NCBI GenBank assembly: GCA_964234715.1
Contig: OZ174283.1
Strand: one strand, 5' to 3'
DNA: 64,000 nt
Source: Podarcis melisellensis
Taxonomy: Eukaryota
This document shows positions 1 to 12,466 of this stretch, piece by piece. How positions within the stretch are numbered: position 1 is the first letter of the stretch; each line of letters opens with the position of its first letter. The position numbers were made by a program, and so were the translations under genes. Below the pieces are notes generated by a model that ran no database searches, had not been told where the DNA came from, and saw only the letters and a program-made list of their open reading frames with translations.

Positions 1-311
1 GTGAGAAGCAGAGAGACTATATAAATGTTTTGTAAGTTTTGCTTTGTTTGAAGCACACAACATTGTACTTTACCCTGGAAAAATCAGGAATTGAACAGAT
101 TTAATATATGCTGAAAAGTGTCACATGAAGTATGGAACTGGAAGAAATATCACACTTTTATTAGATCTTACGATCTCTGTTCTATGTTGGAAACATGGAC
201 TCCTACCTTTGCGTAGGATGGCAGTGGGGCAGTGAGCTTGCCTCAGCTCAATTTGTAATTGACAAGGTCTTTCTTGAAGAACTCCCACATAAAGTCCAGA
301 AACTTCAAAGT

Positions 312-365
312 CACAGAATCACAGAATTGTTAGTTGGAAGGGACCCAAAGGGTCATGTACTTCAA
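312..365 (-). mobile_element. CR1 LINE 3' tail fragment
   Basis: cacagaatcacagaattgt-agttggaagggaccc is the reverse complement of the CR1 3' end with (ATTCTRTG)-type tail; same motif as 2880-2924. Confidence 0.6.
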
Positions 366-1462
366 AAGAAATAAATCAACATGGCCCTTCCATATCAATA
401 GGCCTCCACCATTTTCTCTCTTTCCCCAAGCTTATCATGTGCACGAGATAAACTGAGGATAGGGAAAGTTGATGGTAGAACCTCTTTCTTAACTCCCCAG
501 CTCCCTAGCAGCAATAGATTTTTCTGAGCCTGTTTCCAAGGAGTCTGGAGCTAAACCAGGAGGAAAGAGAAACACTAGTCCCCATTTCTACAACAAATAC
601 CTTTAGACTGAGGCCAAGTGTCAGATCTACAAATTTTACCACGGGGGCAAAAGTCTGAACCACTTTCCCCTGCCCCAGTTTTGAACTCCAAGCTGTAAAC
701 TTGCAGCTCCAAAGTAAATAGAGGGAGGAAGCCACAGTCCTAAAAAAAAAATCCAACAAAATGACTTTTACAGCACTTATAGTATGGATGCAGCCTCACG
801 GGTTTTACAGCATTGTAGTGATCATCGTGGATTTCCCCTTACCTTTTAAATAAAGTTAAGCAAGCTGGCATCTAATCTGCATCCAAGCCCACCATTCGAA
901 CCAATGAGAAATTTCCTTCCAATGCAAACCACTCCTCCGGATGAAATGTTTTCTTCAGGATGGCAGCAGAGGAGGAAAATGTTTAGGTAGTGCAAGAGAA
1001 ATAAGGTAACAGATGGCTAGATACACTGAATAAAAGGAGAGAAACATGACGATGATAACTTCTAACGACGAAGAAAGGGGATGAAGAAAGCACAATGAAG
1101 AGAAACTTGCTTCCAATCACAATCAACTTTTGACTTGACTTCCTGTATAACCATCGTTACATTATCTCCCTCCCACTGAAGCTAAGCAATATATAGTGCT
1201 CTTTATGGCAATGCCACACTACATCATTACTCAGTAGGATAATACAATTCAAGCAGTAGCCCCAAGCTGTGCTGGCCTTTGCCAATGTACTCCATTTTGT
1301 TCTGTTTTTATAGTATTACAATTATTTCAATTAAGTTAACTTGAAAAGCATTTTGCTCAAAGATGCCTTGGGTTACTAGCTTTTACAGTGTCAACAACTT
1401 TTCACATTCACATTAATCTTAATTAGTATACAAGTGGAGACTCTATAGTCTAGACCTTTTAA

Positions 1463-1490
1463 AACACACACACACACACACACACACACA
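1463..1490. repeat. (AC)n microsatellite
   Basis: direct reading. Confidence 0.95.
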
Positions 1491-2097
1491 GCAAGGCAAG
1501 GGAAGGAAAGGCAAGAAGTCAGAGCAGTGGAGAGACTGTGGCGTCTGTGTGGTGGTAGCTGTAAAGCTATTTCTGCTTCATTTATTTCTGCATCCTGATT
1601 GGCTATGTGGGGCTGATTAACCTAATGTCATTACAATTATTGCTTTCCTCCATGCAATATGCAAGCCCCTTTCAGTTGGAACTTATTATCATGCAACCGG
1701 AGCACTTCAATTTGCATAATGGCTGCATGGTTACGTCTAACCAGGAATGGAAACATCTCAGCCAATCACAGTCCAAGTCTAACCTCTCACATTGGCTTCC
1801 TCATTCATCTTGTCAGTACATGCACATTTCCTTTTTCTCCCTTGAAACTAAACATCCTGTGCTATTGATGCCTCCTATTATGAAGCACTACTTTACTCTG
1901 AATGGGACTGAACTCAAGACGTCTCCTTAAAAATATGAGCTCGCTAGGGAAATGTCTCTCAGATCAATGGAGCTAAATGATTTGACACCATCCGTCTGAT
2001 TCCCAAATGCATTTGCTTAGAAACAAGCCCTTTCATTTCAATGCAAATTCCTCATAAATGTGCTTATTAGGCTCAAGATGCACATCCCTGTCACTTT

Positions 2098-2275
2098 GGC
2101 TACGTACACACTATAACTTTAAAGCACTTTTGAAACATATTTACCCTCAAAGAATTCTGGGCACTGTAGTTTCTTAAGGACTGCTGGGATATGTAACTCT
2201 GTGAGACGTAAACTACCCAGAATTCTTTGTAGGAAAGAATGTGCTTTCAACGTGTCTTAAAAGTATCAAGTGTTT
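2098..2275. mobile_element. Palindromic MITE, probably PIF/Harbinger-like
   Basis: Imperfect long inverted arms (tttaaagcac...caaagaattctggg / cccagaattctttg...gtgctttcaa); related copies at 58050-58238 and 14480-14680. Confidence 0.55.
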
Positions 2276-2540
2276 CTTTGTTGATAAACTGATATATAGT
2301 TTTTTAATGAGAGTCATGGAATTCACTATTACATTGAGAAGAGATTGCTTTTTTTAAAAAAACCACCACAACAACTGTGTGTGTGTGTAGTTGGATCCAG
2401 AGTTTGCTGCCACCCATCAGACCACCCTGAGTTGAGTATAATTCAGGAGATTCTTCAGGTGAAGGAAATATAATTTTAATTTATTTTTCTTGTGGTGCTG
2501 TAAACAAAAATAAAAACCATTGAAACATCATAAAATTGTG

Positions 2541-2924
2541 GAGAATGATTGAAGGAACTGGGTATGTTTAGCATGGAAATGAGGAGACTGAGCGGAGATA
2601 TGATAGGCATCTTCAGATATCTAAAGGTCTGTCAAATGGAGGTTGGAGCAAGCTTGTTTTCTCCTGCTCTGGAGGCTAGAACCCTAACCAATGGCTTCAA
2701 ATTGCAAGAAATGAGATTCTGGAAGGACTTTCTGACAGTAAGATTTGTTCGACAGTGGAATACAGTCCAATGAGAGGTGGTGGACTCTCCTTCCTTGGAG
2801 GTTTTAAAGCAGAGTTCAGATGATCATCTGTCATGGATGCTTTTGTTGAGATTCCTGCATTGCGGTGGGTTGGACTGGATGACCCTTGGAATCCCTTCCA
2901 ACTCTACAATTCTACGATTCTATG
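2541..2924 (+). mobile_element. CR1 LINE 3' fragment (ORF2 C-terminus + 3'UTR)
   Basis: ORF 2549-2773 KELGMFSMEMRRLSGDMIGIFRYLK...RTLTNGFKLQE is the typical CR1 ORF2 end; terminates in cccttccaactctacaattctacgattctatga. Confidence 0.9.
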
Positions 2925-4454
2925 AAATGCATACTAATTAAAGATGTTATTTGCATATTACATTGTGCTAATTGGACTGTATCCTATTTATGAATCACCT
3001 CCAAAGCAAATTCGCATGCCAAAGAGTACTGAAAAGCTATACTTTTTAAAACTAGGGAGAGCCACGTGATCTCTGCGGGTTGTGGGCACCGAGCTTATTT
3101 GCCTGCTGTCTTCAGGCACCTTCTGAACTATAAAGCATGTTCTGACAATTAAATCAGCAGCAAGACTGTAAATAAGTGTACTCCCTTGGGGTTGCCTTAC
3201 ATCTATTTCTAAATGCTTGACACAAAAGATAATGGATTTTGCTGGTGCCATTTATGATGGCATCAAATAAACACAGAGACAAGCGCTATGGATTTTCATG
3301 CCACCGGCCACAAGCTTATTGATTCAATATGGATCACATTTACTCAGAACCTCTTAGTCCCTGCAGTCCAAACATCTCTAATGACCCTGCAAACAGCACA
3401 GATGCAAGCGCTGTGTTCTAGCAGGGAGGATGTGGCCTCTTTGTTGTCAGAATCATTTAGGAATCGTTTTACACACGCCAAAGTCACTCTCTCTCTTTCA
3501 TAGTTTCTCCTCTGCCTTCCTTGCTTAATTAATTTATTCACCAACATAAAGTCAAAACATAGCTGGCAATGCAACCTTAATTACTACAGATTCTCATCCC
3601 TACTAGTAGCTGATGCAATGTGCATATTCTCCACTTTCTTTTCATTAGAAACTGCATTAGTGTGATTACTTATTGGCATGGGATGGGGTGTGGGATGATG
3701 GCTATCGTAGCTCTAAAAGTGACCAGCCTTCACTTGTTTCTAGCAATGGAGGGAGGGAGATATCTATCCAGAAAAGATATAAGGGGGAGTCTTGGAATGG
3801 TTGACCCTTATTAGTTACCATCTCATGGCGTAATTCAGTAGCAGATATTAGGCCACAGGTGCCATTAGATTGTTGCTCATGGATCTAAGGCAGCCACGTA
3901 CTCATGACTGACATAGTTCCAGTTCAATGGGGGGTTGGGGGAATGTCTCCTTTTCCAAATAGTTCAGCATTGCAGTAGATGCACAAAACTGATGGTGGGT
4001 AATGATTGCATGTTCGCTGGACAAAACTACACAATGGTTTTAAAAGGTCCTATATAATGTAAATCAGGCCAAGGGATCCATGCTGATAGTTCATTTTTAA
4101 GGGCAAAGAAGCCAAGATATACCTAACCCGAAATTACTAAAGGAAATAACTGTAAGGAAATTAACTAAAAACAATGATATATATTTCAACACTAAGACTG
4201 AAACCCTATGTATATTTTGGGGAAAGAGTGGAACTAGATGGTCATACGGAACATAGGGCTGTGATCTAAATTAGTAGACTCTCCTTTCTCGGCAATGTTT
4301 AGGGTGACTAACTTCTGGTTGCCAGTTCTGGTTGCCAAACACACATATAAATTGTCCTGACTGTTACAGGGAGAGTGCGGACAGTTTTATGATGGACTGC
4401 CATTTTGTATTATGTCCTAACTCAGATGACATGCATAGGGTCATGCTTTTCTAG

Positions 4455-5050
4455 CTGCAATTATCCACACTCTAGTAACCTCTATACTGAGCTACTTAAT
4501 GTGCTCTACCAGGGGCTGCCTTGAAAATGGTCTGGAAGTTACAACTGCAGAATGTGCTGGATAGGATACAAATGGGTGATCCTGGTTGCGTGCATATAAC
4601 ACCAGTTACTACATTGAATTTATCTGCATTGGCTGACAGAAGCATTCAGGCCTGCTTCAAGGTATGTATGATTTCAGTTATAGCCCTAAACAACCTGCCT
4701 TCTCATTTTAGCAGATCTACAGAGGAAACTGCATTGGTGGTTCCATTGCTGAGTGAGCTTCACATTGCTGAGTGAGCTTTCTCTGAGGTAGTCCCACAGC
4801 TTTGGAATAGGTGATGACACCATTGACAAAGTAAGCATTCTGCCCAGGCCTTTGGGAAGGTATGGAATACGCGGTGATACTTCATTTCACTTTCTGCTGC
4901 CTATTTTTAAACTATCATTGTTATTGGAATTTATGGTGCTTGGTTTGTGTTTGTTTTAAATTTTATTGTGAAGTATGATTTTAATGTTTATTATGTGTCA
5001 CCCTGGAACTCTGTGGTGAATGACAGATTTCCCATGAATGAATAAATAAG
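4455..5050 (+). mobile_element. Decayed L2 LINE 3' portion
   Basis: attatccacactctagtaacctct...gtgctctaccaggggctgccttgaaaatggtctggaagttacaactgcagaatg resembles L2 'VIHALVTSRLDYCNALYxGLPLKxVRKLQLVQNAA'; followed by T-rich 3'UTR ending in aataaataa; 19-bp tandem duplication at ~4744-4779. Confidence 0.75.
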
Positions 5051-5992
5051 AAGCCCTGAATGCAACCCAATCAAGCAAAATAGCACTAAAGGAATGCGAT
5101 GTTGTACTAAATACTTCGCAACTGCCGTATTTTGCAGCCTGTTCCAAATAAAAGTCATCTCACAGTACATGCTAATAATGCTTGTGGCTTCTCTTAAGTT
5201 GAAGCCCCATGGCCAAGTTCTCAAGAACAACCAAAATTACCAGGTAGTTGCTTGAAAGGAACCAATTCTGAAATGAACTTACTGTGCTCATTGACAGACT
5301 GACAACCTAACCAAGTAATTGCTATGTTGGTGCATAGTAATCAACACAGCATCTCAAAGGAGATAAGTATTTTGTGGAGAGGGGAAGAGAATACACAGCA
5401 AAAGCAATTAACTTTATGGAGGCAATTAACATCATGGGAACAGAAATGTAGAGTTTGAGAGCACAGTATGTGGGTCCTAAGACATTAACAATATTATTTA
5501 GGTTTGGCTGATCCTATGGGTCAACCCCAGTGATTCAAGGGCTAACTGCTGATGAAGCACAACTATGCAAAGCAAACAGGGAAAATATGATTATGTTGGA
5601 GGCTACCAATGATTTTGGATCAGTGGGCAGATTTGGAATGTTGAGAATGTGCTTGAGGACATGACCGCTAGAGGTGTGGCTTAACACAAAATAGCTGCCA
5701 CAGAAAGAGTCAGGACCACAAAATCGTAAAGGCACTCCCCCCCCCCCCATCAATGAAGAAAAATCAGCTTTGTCACCTACTCAGTCCCAAAGAGTATTTC
5801 TTTGCATCTCTCCTCTGCAAATGAAAGATAGTGTGTCCAGTCCTGGCATCCAATGAAATGTTTAAAGGGGCATATTCCATGTAAGAAAGGCTGGGGCAAA
5901 GCAAACAAGCGGGAAGAATTAGCAATCTTTCATGCATTGCAAATTTCTAAGGGAGTATTTGCTGAGACCTTCCACAGCCACCAAATGAGGTG

Positions 5993-6234
5993 CAGTGGTA
6001 CCTCGAGTTAAGTACTTAATTCGTTCCAGAGGTCCGTTCTTAACCTGAAACTGTTCTTAACCTGAAGCACCACTTTAGCTAATGGGGCCTCCTGCTGCCA
6101 CCGCGCCGCCGGAGCACGTTTTCTGTTCTCACCCTGAAGCAAAGTTCTTAACCTGAGGTACTATTTCTGGGTTAGCGGAGTCTGTAACCTGAAGCGTCTC
6201 TAACCTGAAGTGTATGTAACCCGAGGTACCACTG
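5993..6234. mobile_element. Tc1/mariner (Tigger/pogo-like) MITE, copy 1
   Basis: TIRs CAGTGGTACCTCG..TTA / TAACCCGAGGTACCACTG; flanks TG...TA (TA TSD, one side mutated); internal TAACCTGA repeats. Confidence 0.9.
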
Positions 6235-6298
6235 TATTGGGAGGCACACTGCTGCCCGTGGGTGTCGTGTTATTGACCCCTGAGTTATGTCCTGATTC

Positions 6299-6970
6299 TA
6301 TACCTTCCAACTTTCTTCAGATGAAAACAGGGACATTTCTCACTTCCCTCCCAACTGACCCTCCCCTCCATTCCCACCCCACAGCATTTCCTACCAGAGG
6401 AAGAGCAATGGCCAGCACTACACCAATGTGATGCAGTACGCACGCCCTCTACCATCCCCCCAAAAACCCTTAATCCTGATTTTATTTTACGTGGTTCTTT
6501 GATACATCTACAAGAAGAAAAACACACACCAATAAATAAATTTTAGAAAGGGGCATGATGTGATATGGACACACACAGCACTTAAAAAGAAAAAGAAAAA
6601 AACAGGATTCCTCGCACTCCACTCTGCTTCCTCTTTCTTCCCGCCCAGGGCGACCCTGCCTTCTGCCTGCCTCACAGAGCTGGCACATCATGAAGGGCTA
6701 GGCCTTGGTGGTGGCAGCCTTTTCTCCTGCTCACCAGCTCTCCAGCAGCAGCTGGAGCTGCTTAAGGGAGGAGGCAGCCATGGAGATGTCCCCTTGCATC
6801 TGCAGTCACTGCCATTGCTTTGGACAAGCACCGGCTTATCCTCCTCCCCAAGCTCAGTGGCGGCAGCACTGGCAGGGGAAATAGGGACATTCCAGGATCA
6901 AATCAGAAGCCAGGATGGCTCTTGTAATTCCGGGACTGTCCCTGGAAAATTGAGACACTTGGAGGGTATG
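6299..6970. mobile_element. Non-autonomous DNA transposon, hAT-like (Blackjack-like GGGACA subterminal repeats)
   Basis: Ends TATACCTTCCAA / TTGGAGGGTATG form an imperfect TIR; TGATTC on both flanks (6293-6298, 6971-6976); related ends at 47560-47912. Confidence 0.7.
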
Positions 6971-7724
6971 TGATTCTCAATAAGCAGAAAATAGTACTTC
7001 TTCCCTATGACGGGACTTCCCTATCAGAAGTCCTGATTTTCCACTGAACTCCAGAATAGTGCAAGCAATTGTCTGGCAACCCAGGATGGCAGAGCAACAT
7101 TACAACAGAGGCTGTGTCTGTGTTGGAGCTAAAGCCAGACATGGGGTGAGCATGAGGGGAGATGTTTCTTCTTCTCTAGACTCATCAAATAATGCTATTA
7201 AATCACCAGCGAAGAGGGCAAAAGATATAATGAATATACCTTTCCATTTTGTACCTCCTCACTGCTCAAGCAGCACTGGTAAAGGAATAAAAGCTGAGGC
7301 ACTTTTGTGCATAGTCTCTTAACCAAGGGCTCATCATTTGCCTGATCTCCTAGCAACTGAAAGTTATTCTTTCCATTGTGAAGAAAAGATAATGAATGTA
7401 CACCTTTGTTTCAGTCTTCTTATACCTGGATAGCTCACAGAAAAACAAGGAACCTCTTTAAAAGCCATTATATAAGGTAGCATAGAATCAGAAAGAGACT
7501 GTGACAATGGTCACCTCGGAGAGGATAAATTATAGTAGAGATTAAGTAAACACACAAAGCAGTACCTGAATACAGATGTCTTTTTGGGTAACTTTGCACA
7601 TGTGATTAACTAACATAGCAAACATCTGAATCCTGCATACATCACACTCTTTCTATGCCAACAAAGGAAACTGAATTGAATATCAAACATCATAGACTTT
7701 TTTTGTTTTTGCATGCATGATGCT

Positions 7725-8060
7725 TGAGGAATTTAGTTTCTGTGAATTCTGATGCAAACTGAACCTATCTACTTCTGACAAACTAATTCATAGATTGGAA
7801 CATATTTTTATTTTGAATTTCACACTTCTCTGAATATTGTGATTCAATTCTCAGCTCAATCAACCCCATTATCCTAAAATGCGTATTTTTAACGCATTTT
7901 GTTAAAGTGCTTTTAGAAATGCATATTACATATGTAGCATAGCTAAACAGAAATCTTTCTGTGGATTGAAAGAAACCACACATAAATCCAGTAACAGGAC
8001 AGAATGAATGCATGTGAAATTGACACGATCTGGAAATAGACTAATGATCTATGCGTCTTT
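7725..8060. mobile_element. AT-rich dispersed repeat (unclassified DNA-transposon-like family), decayed
   Basis: Shares tgcatttt/aaatgca-rich motifs and terminal segments with 11744-12466, 21220-21535, 39756-40201, 55490-55918. Confidence 0.4.
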
Positions 8061-8487
8061 AATACAGGCACATATCTAAATGCAAGCTGCTGGTTATTTT
8101 AAGTAACACTTGGAAACAGATCACATTACAGTTATGTTGCTTTCAGTGACAAAGAAACACACATTTTATTTGTGTGCAACAAATGCACAATGCTTTTAGC
8201 GCACAATCTCAAAGTATATAAGAAATACAACTGGACATTGGTTACATAACTCAGGGGTAATTAAATTGTGACTACAACACTGATGTTGTTTCACTGAAGC
8301 CAATGTACCAGGTCATGATCATGATATTATTAGGTGGCCCCTGGGTTTTCAGGCTGGTTGATGTTTTGCCAAATTTCTCACAGTACAAAATGGAATGGAT
8401 AAAAGCTAAAATGAACAAGGTTACACATCCAAACAGGATTTCTATTATTGCTGAAAACAAATTGCAAACTCGACAGGGACAGAATAA

Positions 8488-8578
8488 AACTGCTCTCCTA
8501 TGTTCACATACCTGGAAGTAAGTCCTGTTGAACTCAGTGGGCTTACTTCTAAGTGGACAGCACATATTGAGTTGCACT
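8488..8578. repeat. Short palindromic squamate dispersed repeat (acttacttctgagtaa/aagtaagtcc family)
   Basis: ggaagtaagtcctgttgaactcagtgggcttacttct inverted core; similar copies near 15645-15750, 32610-32690, 43885-43975, 44700-44795, 56760-56850. Confidence 0.5.
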
Positions 8579-9047
8579 GTAAGAGAAGACCCTGTGCTGC
8601 CAGGATAGGATTTAATCTGTAAATAGATGCTTGAACTATGTATTGCAAATTGCCATATCTGCCAAACAAGCCGCAAAAGAAGGTGTTAAAATCAAGGCAC
8701 TATGTGGGCTTGTTGTAAGATAACCAGCTCATAAATATTTTGAATTTAACACCTCTCCTCGTCTTACAAAGACACATTAAGCCTTGTGTAGGAGGCTTAA
8801 TTTAACCAAGACCACTTCAAGCTATTATTATCAAAGGAGTTCTGAGCTTTTCCGGTGATGCTATATAGCTTCGGAAAGCTATTTGATTATTCGTGTGGTG
8901 AGAAGAACAAAAGCCGTAGTCTGCTTTTCACATAAAGTGATTGCTGCAGAGAATATGTAGTCAGCATACCCGTTTTGCAAATTAAAATAACTAACAGTTA
9001 GCCACAGTGGTCTGGAGAATGGTGTGGGGCACATAGAAATACATCTT

Positions 9048-9213
9048 AGAATGAGTCAGACAATTGGTCTACCTAGCTCAGCATTGTCTACATTGACTGT
9101 GTAGGCTCTTCAGGAGTTCAAACAGGATCTTTTCCCAGTTCTACCTGGAGATGCCAGCAGTTGGACCTGGGACTTCCTGCATGCAAAGTAGATGCTCTAC
9201 TACTGAGCTACAT
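9048..9213 (-). mobile_element. tRNA(Ala)-derived SINE (Squam2-like)
   Basis: Minus strand begins tagctcagtagtagagcatctactttgcatgcaggaagtcccaggtccaa (tRNA A/B boxes, TGC anticodon arm), body ends ...gagctaggtagaccaattgtctgactc. Confidence 0.75.
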
Positions 9214-10003
9214 CTCTCTCCGATGAAGGCAGAATTGTTCCTTTCAATAATAATCTAGAACAAAGCAAGCCCCCAATGCAAAGGGCCTGGCATCCCCCGA
9301 ACCGTTGCATCTTTGGAAGAATGTGAAAAATGCCACAGCTATCTTGAACTCTTTAAGAAAGCCATCTATGACAATCAATGAAATCACTTTTTTCTCTCAG
9401 TCACATCCACCCACAGAGGAAGCTCCAAGTTATTCATTACAGGCTGTTGGGGGAAGGAGCGGAAAGAGGCTTTGAAAAAGAAGAAGAACCCACCCTGTTG
9501 ACAGTGTTCCTGCTATAGCGGAGGTCACACTTATGTAAAGTTCATAAATAAATGACATTTTAAAGCAGAACCATAAATCCTGGTTAGCATACTTTTGGCT
9601 TTGGATAAAACAACAAGACTGAAATATTCAAAGCACATGATATGGCATATTGGAACAAAAAGTCATTTCATGTCCAATTTCTTTTTATATGATAAACATG
9701 CTGTTAGCTATCTAAATGAGGAATTGCTTCTTCAGCAACCCGGGGGAAAAATGATTGCAGTAGGGGTATCAAACCTTCTGCTAATTTGAAATAAGAAAAC
9801 TGGGTGGATGGAGTTTTGCATTCTCTACATTCACATGAATAATAAAATCACTGCTGTGCCAAAATCTGTTCTCCAATTTATTTTTCCCTGTGAAAGAGGT
9901 TTCCATTTTTCTGCCCCATTCTCAGAAAACTTAAGAATTTTGGTAGGGTACAGGATTTTGAGATTAGTTTAGTCTTGCAAGTTGGCCAAGTGTGATGTAT
10001 GTA

Positions 10004-10244
10004 CAGTGGTACCTCAGGTTACATACACCTCAGATTACATACGCTTCAGGTTACAGACTCCGCTAACCCAGAAATATTACCTCGGGTTAAGAACTTTCCT
10101 TCAGGATGAGAACAGAAATCGTGCTCTGGCAGCGCGGCAGCATTAGGAGGCCCCATTAGCTAAAGTGGTCTTCAGGTTAAGAACAGTTTCAGGTTAAGAA
10201 CGGACCTCCAGAATGAATTAAGTACCTAACCAGAAGTACCACTG
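10004..10244. mobile_element. Tc1/mariner (Tigger/pogo-like) MITE, copy 2 (opposite orientation to copy 1)
   Basis: TA|CAGTGGTACCTC...GTACCACTG|TA; internal sequence is the reverse complement of 5993-6234. Confidence 0.9.
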
Positions 10245-10699
10245 TATTTTCTTTCCAGTAAACACTCTGCAGCCCCCTTGGCTGCCCATGCTCCTGATCT
10301 GAAAAAGCTTCCTGGGAGTGTCTTCTGCTGGGCTTTGACTGAAGTGGTGGCATTCCAGAGGATAGACCAGTACTGAGATGATCTGTAGGATGAATGAATA
10401 AATAAAATACCCCTCGACCATCTCAAGGGTAAGGAAACTGCAATGAAAAACCTGCACCCTACTCATGAAAATTTCTTCAAAAATCTCCTATCATCTTTGA
10501 TAAGTTTTGAATGCAATTTCTTTTCTTAATAATTGGTGGAGAATGGTTGTGGGAGGCAAGGCAATTTTTCAGCACAGTGCTAATTTAAAGGAACAATCTG
10601 GAGTGGCCAGCGATATAGTTTACCAGACAGAAACAATGGTGAAGGGGAAAGCAAGGCTGAGGTAAATGTCCATCCTTACCTGTAAGCATCTGAAGAAAA

Positions 10700-10890
10700 C
10701 CAGTGTAATAGAGCACATCATACAGGAGTGTAGTTCTGTGGTAGAAGGTTCCAGGTACAATTCTTGGAATCTCCATGTAGGAGTAGGGGAGATTCCTGCC
10801 AAAATTCCTGAAGTGCTGCTTCCAGTCAGTTCCAACAAAAGTGAGCTAGATGAACCAATGATCTGTCTTACTCTAGCAACTTCCTATGTA
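10700..10890 (+). mobile_element. tRNA-derived SINE (Squam2-like), decayed
   Basis: agaaggttccaggtacaattcttggaatctccatgtagg...ccagtcagttccaacaaaagtgagctagatgaaccaatgatctg...ttcctatgt; matches the 9048-9213 family. Confidence 0.6.
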
Positions 10891-11743
10891 CCACAGCAGC
10901 TTTATGCAAGCATGCATTTGTTGGATTCATAGATGCCCACACCAAATCAACAACTTTCCCCATGAAAGGGGGCACCAATCTAGCTAGAAACTGCCATGGT
11001 TCCCATTGCTGAATGAGGTACACCTTCTGCCCAACACTTTCAGCTAAATGCAGGGATTCCAGTCTCTCCTTGCTTAGCAAATGGTGGCAGCTGGCGGCAT
11101 CTATCATAGGAGTTGAAAGTGTCACGAGCTCCTTAGAACCATCTCATCACTGTGACACATTTTGGACTATGTTTCTGCCAGAGGATTGGTGTAAAAAGCT
11201 CCTGCTATCATCCTTTTCCTTTGTACCATTGTCTCAAGTTATTGAAGTGTTAAGCATACAGTAGAGCTTAAATGATTCAGGACATGTGGATTTGTTTAAG
11301 CATCCCATGTATTTAATCTTTTGTACTGGAAATGACACCTTGCCACACTGATAGTCCTGTTCCTTGGCTGTTCTGCTTTAGCTTTAAGTCAATTGCTCAT
11401 GTGTGCAAGGACTGGTGGCAAAGCGGTGAAGGATGGAGATGTGTGTCACATAACCTGCCCTGTAAACTAGACTGTTGCCCTCAGGTGCTGCGGAGGAAGC
11501 TGCCCAATCACATGTCGAAATAAGATCCAGCTGCTAGCTTGATCAGTTTTTGTACAGTGAAGGGAGACTACCATCTTGTCCCCTTGCTTCAGGCATCAAA
11601 AACGTCTGGGGCCAATTCCGAATCTGGTGTCCTGGAACTGGAGAGGTTTTGCTACCTTGTCATGGATAATGCCTGAGGGAATGGGTTTTCTGTTGTATTG
11701 TTTAATTTTCTCAAAGGTTCTCTGTTTATCTTTCCCCTTGAGC

Positions 11744-12084
11744 TAGGAATAAGTGAATCCATCCGTTTCAATTTCTCTTCATTTCTCATTTCTCCAGTTT
11801 TAAGTTCAGTTCTTCACATTTCCACATCAGCTTGTGCTGAGAGCCAGTGTGGTGTAGTGGTTAAGAGCGGTAGTCTCTAATCTGGGGAACCGGGTTCGCG
11901 TCTCCGCTCCTCCACATGCAGCTGCTGGGTGACCTTGGGCTAGTCACACTTCTGTGAAGTCTCTCAGCCCCACTCACCTCACAGAGTGTTTGTTGTGGGG
12001 GAGGAAGGGAAAGGAGAATGTTAGCCGCTTTGAGACTCCTTAAAAAGGGAGTGAAAGGCGGGATATCAAATCCAAACTCCTCTT

Positions 12085-12115
<31 letters not shown>

Positions 12116-12466
12116 ATTTTTAAAGAGTCCTCATGAAAATGCACCAGTATTTTAGTGTGAATTTGTCTTAGCAAACACATTTTTGAATGGAATATTGCCA
12201 TTTATACACAATTTTTGCAAAGCAAATTTCTGTAATACAGTGCATTTTTTGTATGCTATTTCAATAATGTATGCATTTTTATGCACATGTTATCCAACTA
12301 TACACATTTATGTACACATTATGTGGCCAGAGAACTGCACTGAGAAAAACAGAGAAGTCAAATTTCAAAGGACAGCTTGGTTTCCATGTATGCATTGTTT
12401 TGGGAAGTGTGATTTAAGTAGATTCCTCTTTAAATGTAATTGAATTAAAATTCTCCCCCATCCTTA
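11744..12466. mobile_element. AT-rich DNA-transposon-like repeat interrupted by a Squam3 SINE
   Basis: Starts TAGGAAT, ends ctcccccatcctta; internal tgcattttt motifs shared with 21220-21535, 39756-40201, 55490-55918. Confidence 0.55.
11839..12114 (+). mobile_element. Squam3-like tRNA/CORE SINE, full length
   Basis: gagagccagtgtggtgtagtggttaagagc (A box)...gggttcgcgtctcc (B box), CORE-like gtgaccttgggctagtcac, L2-like 3' end gttagccgctttgag, (CTT)n tail. Confidence 0.85.

Noticed and set aside
9048-9213. tRNA-Ala-like sequences here and at SINE heads as tRNA genes
   Set aside because: They continue into SINE bodies, have broken stems and occur as multiple decayed copies.
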